Positions 1-5,352 of a DNA stretch of 20,216 nucleotides are shown here, piece by piece (position 1 is the stretch's first letter; each line of letters opens with the position of its first letter). The notes beneath the pieces are model-generated. The model was not told the origin of the DNA. It searched no databases and was given only the letters and a program-made list of their open reading frames with translations. Made by a program: the position numbers and the translations under genes. Origin of the DNA: an uncultured virus (IMG/VR IMGVR_UViG_3300025286_000007) (Duplodnaviria; Heunggongvirae; Uroviricota; Caudoviricetes); the IMG/VR virus record IMGVR_UViG_3300025286_000007; one strand, given 5' to 3'.

Positions 1-318
1 AGCATATCCGTATATACACAATACATGGAGAACTATGGGGAAGCGGAAGGTGCTAACTACTGGAAGTTTAAGTTTGGAAGCAAGTATGTAGTAGAGGGAA
101 CAGATGAAAGACCTGCCAATGCAGTAGCAACAGTAATGCACTACTTGGCAAGGTACAACACTAACCCTAACTATTCTATAGAGTATGTTCAAAGATGGGT
201 TCATACTGCTGAGGAATATGGAGTAGACGATAATGATGATTTAGGACAGTACACTACACTACTGTACAATCGTTACTTTGATGATTCAAATGGTGCAAAA
301 GTATTAGTTCCTGTTTAG
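1..318 (+). CDS. Phage hypothetical protein, probably 5'-truncated by the window
   Basis: Frame is open from base 1 (SISVYTQYMENYG...YWKFKFG) to TAG at 316-318, and there is no RBS before ATG 25. The TQYxENYG...YWKFK motif resembles small phage proteins (recollection, not searched). Confidence 0.75.
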   Translation, partial: SISVYTQYMENYGEAEGANYWKFKFGSKYVVEGTDERPANAVATVMHYLARYNTNPNYSIEYVQRWVHTAEEYGVDDNDDLGQYTTLLYNRYFDDSNGAKVLVPV

Positions 319-328
319 TGCAGGGGAT

Positions 329-358
329 TTGACAATAGTTTCGTTTTCATGTTATACT
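329..358 (+). promoter_or_regulatory. Sigma70-type early promoter P1
   Basis: TTGACA 329-334, 18-bp spacer, extended -10 TGn-TATACT 353-358; RBS AAGGAG 379-384 and ATG 390 follow. Confidence 0.85.
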
Positions 359-389
359 TTTGAGGAAGTGAAAAAACGAAGGAGTTGTT

Positions 390-575
390 ATGCTGTATGT
401 GAATGGTAGTGATATTGATGAGGGGGAACTGCTAGAGTATTGGCATATGAGTAGAGCATTCAAAGTCAGTAGGTATGACAGAATGCTTTGGACAGCAGAG
501 CGATACTCTAGTCGGTATTTTACAGTACCTAGTGTAAGAGTGTTCAAAGCATTGGATAGAGTCCTACAAGTATAG
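390..575 (+). CDS. Small hypothetical protein (61 aa)
   Basis: ORF track; RBS AAGGAG; lies directly downstream of P1. Confidence 0.8.
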   Translation: MLYVNGSDIDEGELLEYWHMSRAFKVSRYDRMLWTAERYSSRYFTVPSVRVFKALDRVLQV

Positions 576-581
576 AGGGAT

Positions 582-611
582 TTGACACAAGTTTTGTTTT
601 CGTGTTATACT
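582..611 (+). promoter_or_regulatory. Sigma70-type early promoter P2, a near-duplicate of P1
   Basis: TTGACA 582-587, 18-bp spacer, TGn-TATACT 606-611; flanks GGGATTTGACA...GTTTTCRTGTTATACT match P1. Confidence 0.85.
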
Positions 612-652
612 ATTTGAAGTGAGGAAAAACGAATCACCAAGGAGATACTGAT

Positions 653-739
653 ATGTGTAACTCATGTGGGATGGCCTACTCCTTCTATTTCAGAATCCAA
701 TTCCATAAGCAAGACTGTCCTAGTCAGAAGGGGGGGTAA
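653..739 (+). CDS. 28-aa putative zinc-binding mini-protein (MCNSCGMAYSFYFRIQFHKQDCPSQKGG)
   Basis: Hand-translated; RBS AAGGAG 639-644; CxxC...HxxxC; stop overlaps the next start (TAATG). Confidence 0.65.
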   Translation: MCNSCGMAYSFYFRIQFHKQDCPSQKGG

Positions 740-891
740 TGGTAAACATATACAATGACTCTACAGGTGGAATTGCTACAGCCAAGTACAATGCAAAGTC
801 AGTACAGAAAGCGATTGATAGAGATAAGACTATAGGAAGCAAGGAAGCGAAACTTATTCATGCCCTACTGAAGGGGTGGAGAAAAGAATGA
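739..891 (+). CDS. 50-aa basic phage protein (YNAKSVQKAI...KEAKLIHALLKGWRKE)
   Basis: Hand-translated; translationally coupled on both sides (TAATG, ATGA). Confidence 0.75.
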   Translation: MVNIYNDSTGGIATAKYNAKSVQKAIDRDKTIGSKEAKLIHALLKGWRKE

Positions 892-1049
892 TATCTGAAC
901 TGAAAGCATTCATAATAGAGTATCAAAAGTTCTATGACTTAGAGACTATAAAGGAAGCAAGGAAGTACATTAGGAAAGACCTAAAGTATATAGATGAACA
1001 GGAAATCAGAAGGAAGAAGTTATATTATAATCAAGACAGGAAAGAGTAA
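888..1049 (+). CDS. 53-aa charged hypothetical protein (MISELKAFII...QDRKE)
   Basis: Hand-translated; ATGA overlap with the previous stop; TAA 1047-1049. Confidence 0.65.
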   Translation: MISELKAFIIEYQKFYDLETIKEARKYIRKDLKYIDEQEIRRKKLYYNQDRKE

Positions 1050-1173
1050 TAGCAGAACAGAACAGAGTATAACAGTACAGTAGAAATAGCTACTAGAGAT
1101 TTACAAAGATAAAAGAGTATAGTATATAACTATCACACACAGAGTAAGACAGTCTGTAAATGCTCTAGGAAAT

Positions 1174-1202
1174 TTGCTATTTGGTTTTAACGATGTTATA
1201 CT
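1174..1202 (+). promoter_or_regulatory. Sigma70-type promoter P3
   Basis: TTGCTA 1174-1179, 17-bp spacer, TGn-TATACT 1197-1202; RBS AAGGAG precedes ATG 1245. Confidence 0.75.
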
Positions 1203-1244
1203 TTTGGCAAGTCGAGAAAACGCCAAGCATAGAAGGAGTACAAC

Positions 1245-1718
1245 ATGAGTAGCTTTTGGGATAACATTCTCAAGTCTTACGAGACAGTAACAGATACTAT
1301 AGTGGTGAATGGTTGCGCTGTCGTAATTACATCGGACTTCTGGGCGAGTATAGGATTAGGTGTAGAGACTAAGCCTGTAAAGCAGAGCAAGCCTAAGGCA
1401 GTGAAGAAGACTGCTAAGAAGAGCAAAGCAGTAGCACAGGCTGAGAGAGTATACGAGACTATAGAGGGATTGGTAGTACCTGCAGAAGACTGTACGCACT
1501 ACTGGATAATACCTTCAGAGACTGCATGGGCTATAGGTGTATGCAAGAACTGTAGTGGAGAAAAGTGGTTCAGTAACAGATGGGATGAGCAGAGTATCTT
1601 CAATGCTACTCTAGTCCCACCCACAGTACAGACAGACTCTATTGCAGAGGACGCAGACATTCGAGATATTACGACAGTCTACAATGCAACACAGGACAGT
1701 ATAGAGGAGAGCGAATAA
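1245..1718 (+). CDS. Hypothetical protein with a Lys-rich linker and a putative Zn-binding CxHxW...CxxC domain
   Basis: ORF track; RBS; motif CTHYWII...GVCKNCSGEKWF. Confidence 0.85.
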   Translation: MSSFWDNILKSYETVTDTIVVNGCAVVITSDFWASIGLGVETKPVKQSKPKAVKKTAKKSKAVAQAERVYETIEGLVVPAEDCTHYWIIPSETAWAIGVCKNCSGEKWFSNRWDEQSIFNATLVPPTVQTDSIAEDADIRDITTVYNATQDSIEESE

Positions 1719-1925
1719 ATGAAACGCTATATAGTATCTGATAGACCTAGACTAGCACAGACAGGAGAGTATGTAAATATTGTGAGAAAGAGTAACAGAA
1801 AAGCAGTAAAGACTTGGAAGACAGTCTTGAAAGAGCATGTGAAGGGAAGAACCATAGCAGTACAGGAGAGAGCAATGCCTCTACCTGCAGAACTGATAAG
1901 GTGGGTACAGAGTATAACAGAGTAG
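1719..1925 (+). CDS. Small basic hypothetical protein (68 aa)
   Basis: Starts immediately after the previous stop; GAGGAG upstream. Confidence 0.7.
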   Translation: MKRYIVSDRPRLAQTGEYVNIVRKSNRKAVKTWKTVLKEHVKGRTIAVQERAMPLPAELIRWVQSITE

Positions 1926-2223
1926 GCCAATACCCTACAGAATAATGCAATACACTGCATAGCTCTACACTGTAGAGCATCACAGAGCAGGACAGACTCC
2001 CTGAGTTTGTTCCTGTTTTTTGTGACATGATAATTTTTTATCATGTCGAATAGGAACAAGGTCGGAAGCGGAAAGGATAGGAAAGGGAAAGGAAAAACAA
2101 TCCCTATACTATAGGGCAGGGCAGATACCTGCAGTACTCTACAGAGTGTAGGGCAGAGTAGAGTTATCATGTCCCCATTTTTTTTATAGATTCTCTATAG
2201 AGTAGCTAGTGTTAGGCACAAAT

Positions 2224-2252
2224 TTGACAACAGTTGCGAACGGTGATAGTCT
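2224..2252 (+). promoter_or_regulatory. Sigma70-type promoter P4
   Basis: TTGACA 2224-2229, 17-bp spacer, TGn-TAGTCT 2247-2252, upstream of ORF 2315. Confidence 0.7.
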
Positions 2253-2314
2253 GGTCATGTGCCAAGCGAGACGGCTCCGCTGAAACCGTACACTATAGTA
2301 CAGGATGGTGACTA

Positions 2315-2545
2315 ATGGCTAATCAGCCCAAAAACCCAGCCGATAAGTATACAGTTGAGAATGGCGAAATTGTAATGCGCTTTCCGATACTGCCTACGCT
2401 CAGTAAGAAAGGGATTTCAATGCTTCTAGCTACTACTAGGGGTGCCGAAACCTTCACCTATGAAGGCATGGAGATAAAGGCCAATGTCAATCTCTATGTT
2501 CCTATTGAGGAATGGGAAGCTAAGGCCAAGAAATCCAAGAAATAG
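2315..2545 (+). CDS. Small beta-rich protein with SKKG-S-LLATT-G motif; paralog of 3379-3579
   Basis: ORF track; aligns by eye with the 3379-3579 product. Confidence 0.85.
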   Translation: MANQPKNPADKYTVENGEIVMRFPILPTLSKKGISMLLATTRGAETFTYEGMEIKANVNLYVPIEEWEAKAKKSKK

Positions 2546-2559
2546 GCTAGCTAGGAATC

Positions 2560-2591
2560 GGGCAGGTTTGGCACACCTGCCCTATTTCTTT
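2560..2591 (+). terminator. Probable intrinsic terminator
   Basis: Stem GGGCAGGT/ACCTGCCC with a 7-nt loop, followed by TATTTCTTT, 15 nt after the stop at 2545. Confidence 0.65.
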
Positions 2592-2752
2592 GCCCAAAAT
2601 TAGACATGATAGCTTTTATATAGAGAGGGATATATTCTTATCATGTCTACCCTCCTCTCCCATAGAGGAAGGGAACAGGAAAGGAAGGAAGGGAATCAGG
2701 AATGGAAAGAGACTTGATAAGTTTATCAACTCACTTTTGTCAAGTGAGCGGT

Positions 2753-2779
2753 GGGCAGTTTTTCGACCTGCCCAGGTCG
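2753..2779 (-). ncRNA. Structured RNA element: H-type pseudoknot, copy 1
   Basis: Minus strand reads CGAC-CU-GGGCAG-GUCG-AAAAA-CUGCCC; lies 6 nt after the stop of 2786-3055. Confidence 0.75.
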
Positions 2780-2785
2780 CCAAAG

Positions 2786-3055
2786 CTACACCTCACTTTC
2801 TACAATTTCGACTGTAAGTAAGTCGCCATGATCGGATTCACAATACCAACCCAATTCCTCACGCATAGCGGTAATAGAGAAACACGACAAACCCGAAATA
2901 AATTCTACCGCTTTGCGTACCGCATCCCAGTGACTATAGCGAATCCTATCAGAAGGGTATACAACGCTAGGAGAAGAATCATTCCACGTAATTTCCCGTA
3001 CTTCGACTCGATACTTTCGATCACTAGGCACATAGGTAGGGGCGTAGGTAATCAT
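2786..3055 (-). CDS. Hypothetical protein (89 aa)
   Basis: ORF track; RBS GGGAGG (3061-3066, minus); own promoter at 3100-3127. Confidence 0.8.
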   Translation of the reverse strand: MITYAPTYVPSDRKYRVEVREITWNDSSPSVVYPSDRIRYSHWDAVRKAVEFISGLSCFSITAMREELGWYCESDHGDLLTVEIVESEV

Positions 3056-3099
3056 TCGAGCCTCCCGATAGAGTGTTCAAGGTTTCCCTTGACTTCTCT

Positions 3100-3127
3100 A
3101 TAGTACCACATTTAGAGGTATTGTCAA
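3100..3127 (-). promoter_or_regulatory. Sigma70-type promoter P5
   Basis: Minus strand: TTGACA (3127-3122), 16-bp spacer, TGn-TACTAT (3105-3100). Confidence 0.75.
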
Positions 3128-3259
3128 ATAAAACAGGACTTGATAATTACCATGTCTAAAAAAGAGGGGACACAAGGAAGGAACAGGGAATAGGGAATGG
3201 AAGGAACGGAAAGACTCTTATCAAATCTATTTATCAAATCGAAAAATGGCAAAACTAAA

Positions 3260-3286
3260 GAGCAGTTTAATGACTTGCTCAGGTCA
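3260..3286 (-). ncRNA. Structured RNA element: H-type pseudoknot, copy 2
   Basis: Minus strand reads UGAC-CU-GAGCAA-GUCA-UUAAA-CUGCUC; about 90 nt downstream of the stop of 3379-3579. Confidence 0.75.
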
Positions 3287-3378
3287 TAGAATCGGGGGCG
3301 GCATATGCTAACTCCTATGCTTTGAATTTGGTGGGGTAGCTTTCGTAGTGTACCAAGCTACTTGCTACCCCCTGTGCC

Positions 3379-3579
3379 TTAACCTTTCGCTACATGAGGA
3401 ACGTAGACGTTCAAATTGACTTGAACGTTCTTGTCTTCATGAATGAATGACTCGGTTCCCGAGGTTGTGGCAAGCAACACAGACTTGCCGGATTTCGCGG
3501 GCCGAGGCGCAATCTTCTTGACGATAACCACAAAGCCATCTTCAATGTACATCGCTTCTCTGAGTGCCTTGTTAACCAT
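3379..3579 (-). CDS. Small beta-rich protein with KSGKS-LLATT-G motif; paralog of 2315-2545
   Basis: ORF track; RBS AAGGAG (3590-3595, minus); own promoter. Confidence 0.85.
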   Translation of the reverse strand: MVNKALREAMYIEDGFVVIVKKIAPRPAKSGKSVLLATTSGTESFIHEDKNVQVNLNVYVPHVAKG

Positions 3580-3639
3580 AATTCACACGCTCCTTATTCT
3601 AAATATTTTGTCGGGAGTGGTACTTCTCCCAACATCAAT

Positions 3640-3668
3640 ATAGTAGCACAGTCGTACCCCCTTGTCAA
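3640..3668 (-). promoter_or_regulatory. Sigma70-type promoter P6
   Basis: Minus strand: TTGACA (3668-3663), 17-bp spacer, TGn-TACTAT (3645-3640). Confidence 0.8.
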
Positions 3669-3842
3669 ATTTATGACTATAGTGAAAACCAAAAAAACGG
3701 GAGTTGATAATTATTATGTCTAATATATAGAGAGAGCAGGAAAGGGAAAGGAAGGTGGAAGGAAAGGAACGTGGAAGGAAAGGAACGTGGAAGGAACGAG
3801 AGTTGATAATTCTATCAAGTCTAGTTTTTTGTCAATCCCTTT

Positions 3843-3869
3843 GAGCAGTTTATACACTTGCTCAGGTGT
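3843..3869 (-). ncRNA. Structured RNA element: H-type pseudoknot, copy 3
   Basis: Minus strand reads ACAC-CU-GAGCAA-GUGU-AUAAA-CUGCUC; lies 7 nt after the stop at 3877. Confidence 0.75.
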
Positions 3870-3876
3870 TTTATGA

Positions 3877-4221
3877 CTAGCCTAGGTTTAACCTCGCTTG
3901 GTAAATGGTTTCGTACTGGGTGGCATCAGGCCAAATTTTGCTGTTAGCGGATGAGAAGTTTACCACATAATCCCAACACTTGGCACAAATTCCATTTCCT
4001 AATCCCTCAGCATATGAGCCACAAGTTTCGCAATTTCCGTTTGAATCCGAGATTTTATCTTTGGGTAGATTCCTGACTGATGCTTCAAATTCCGCCCTAA
4101 TGATATCGTCCTGAGTCTTATCGACATTTCGATCTACTTGGTCAGCGCTATCGTTAGCTATTGCACTTTTTCCTTCGACGACGTTAGCTCGCAGGAGGGT
4201 GATGTTATCCCAAAATCCCAT
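3877..4221 (-). CDS. Zinc-finger-containing hypothetical protein (114 aa from MGFWDNI)
   Basis: CETC...CAKC motif. Start moved from 4272 to 4221 because 4272 lies almost at the predicted TSS and MGFWDNI matches the MSSFWDNI start of ORF 1245. Confidence 0.75.
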   Translation of the reverse strand: MGFWDNITLLRANVVEGKSAIANDSADQVDRNVDKTQDDIIRAEFEASVRNLPKDKISDSNGNCETCGSYAEGLGNGICAKCWDYVVNFSSANSKIWPDATQYETIYQARLNLG

Positions 4222-4285
4222 TTTGTTCACTCTCAGCCTTTCGGCTGTCCTTTGTAATGTTAGAGGTGTCATCCCCTACACAAGG

Positions 4286-4313
4286 AGTATAGCAGAATGA
4301 CATGTAGTGTCAA
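4286..4313 (-). promoter_or_regulatory. Sigma70-type promoter P7
   Basis: Minus strand: TTGACA (4313-4308), 16-bp spacer, TGn-TATACT (4291-4286). Confidence 0.75.
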
Positions 4314-4414
4314 TAGCCTCTATGAAGATTTTGGGAGTTGATAATTATTATGTCTAAATATATATAAATAAGTATATAAAATATTCTAACCGTTTCTGAC
4401 TAGGTTATTTCATT

Positions 4415-4489
4415 TCAGTCTGTTAGTATACTCCAAACTATTAATCCTATTGATCCAATAAAGATTCCTGTTAATAATATTTCTACCAT
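4415..4489 (-). CDS. 24-aa single-pass membrane peptide (MVEILLTGIFIGSIGLIVWSILTD)
   Basis: Hand-translated; GGAG 9 nt upstream; almost entirely hydrophobic; lies at the end of the minus-strand operon. Confidence 0.5.
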   Translation of the reverse strand: MVEILLTGIFIGSIGLIVWSILTD

Positions 4490-4560
4490 TTTATTTCACT
4501 CCAGCCCAGCTTTTAATACTATTTTTGTTATTTCTTTTACTAAATTTTCAGCTTTCATTA

Positions 4561-4749
4561 CTATTTCAAATCTCCACCGTAACGTATCAAAAAATATAGT
4601 TGTTTTAACCAATTTGGTTTTGCTGTATTTTTCGGGTTGCATATTGAATGATAAGCTATAAAATCTTCTGTTCCATTTGAATTAAAAACTCGTTTTAAAG
4701 TTATCGCCCAATTGTTTAATATTTCTTCATTACATTTATTACATTTCAT
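4561..4749 (-). CDS. Small putative Zn-binding protein (62 aa, CxxC...HxxC)
   Basis: Start reassigned to MKCNKC at 4749 with GGAG at 4758-4761; YHSIC downstream. Confidence 0.7.
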   Translation of the reverse strand: MKCNKCNEEILNNWAITLKRVFNSNGTEDFIAYHSICNPKNTAKPNWLKQLYFLIRYGGDLK

Positions 4750-5029
4750 TTTCAATGCTCCACATACTATCAAGTTTTTCTGTATCAATTAGAATTAGCC
4801 TCTGTTTTAAATATCCTAAATGTTTACAATTACATTGCGCTACTTGTCCACATACACATGTATAACAATCTTCTGTTTCTTGTACCTCTATAATTTTGTT
4901 ATATTTTGTTTGTAAGATATTTAGTTGTTTTAATAGTTTAGTGTTTTCATTTTGTAAACTTTCTATTTCATTAATTAAATAATATTTATATTGTTTTTTA
5001 TCTGCCACATGGGTTTTCTGTTTCTTCAT
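4739..5029 (-). CDS. Hypothetical protein with a short coiled coil and a Cys cluster
   Basis: ORF track; overlaps its neighbours in operon fashion; CxxCxC...CxCxH. Confidence 0.65.
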   Translation of the reverse strand: MKKQKTHVADKKQYKYYLINEIESLQNENTKLLKQLNILQTKYNKIIEVQETEDCYTCVCGQVAQCNCKHLGYLKQRLILIDTEKLDSMWSIENEM

Positions 5030-5330
5030 TGTCGTTTTCCTTTCCTTCTAGTTTTAATATAGATTGTTTAAATATAGATATCAAGCATTTTGTTGGTATT
5101 ATCTGTACCATTACTTCTAGCCAGTTTACATCATCCAGATTCTTTTTTTCTGGCGTAGTTTTTCCCCAAAATATTTTAAGTAAGCCACTAAGTTTTTCAG
5201 TATATTCTTCTACTGTTTTACATGAATGTAGCATGTCATGTACTAAACGATCTATATTTTTGTTAGTTTCTATACAGTATACAGCGCTGGCTGTAGCGTC
5301 TCTATCCTGTTTAGATATATCAGTTGTCAT
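4998..5330 (-). CDS. Hypothetical protein (110 aa)
   Basis: ORF track; RBS AAGGA (5338-5342, minus). Confidence 0.75.
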   Translation of the reverse strand: MTTDISKQDRDATASAVYCIETNKNIDRLVHDMLHSCKTVEEYTEKLSGLLKIFWGKTTPEKKNLDDVNWLEVMVQIIPTKCLISIFKQSILKLEGKENDNEETENPCGR

Positions 5331-5352
5331 CAGGGTATCCTTTCTTTATACC

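Larger units (their letters stand above)
2024..4357. repeat. Dispersed palindromic sites with half-site GA(C/G)(A/T)TGATAA / TTATCA(A/T)(G/C)TC
   Basis: Copies at 2024-2047, 2164-2173, 2601-2611 with 2639-2649, 2711-2732, 3137-3156, 3218-3227, 3231-3240, 3701-3720, 3800-3821 and 4335-4354; the 25-mers 3699-3723 and 4333-4357 are identical. Confidence 0.85.

Noticed and set aside
1727..3643. ORFs 1727-2170(-), 1747-2028(-), 2590-2817(+), 2828-3103(+) and 3443-3643(+)
   Set aside because: They run through repeat or regulatory spacers, or lie antisense to genes that have their own promoter and RBS.
2753..3869. Pseudoknot functioning on the plus strand
   Set aside because: The plus strand gains a G-U pair but would need a 2-nt loop to span a 6-bp stem across the minor groove, which is sterically implausible. 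It is also antisense to the adjacent genes.
2024..4357. TTATCA sites as DnaA boxes or integron attC sites
   Set aside because: They do not match TTATCCACA, lack the RYYYAAC/GTTRRRY ends and long attC stems, and no integrase is seen.
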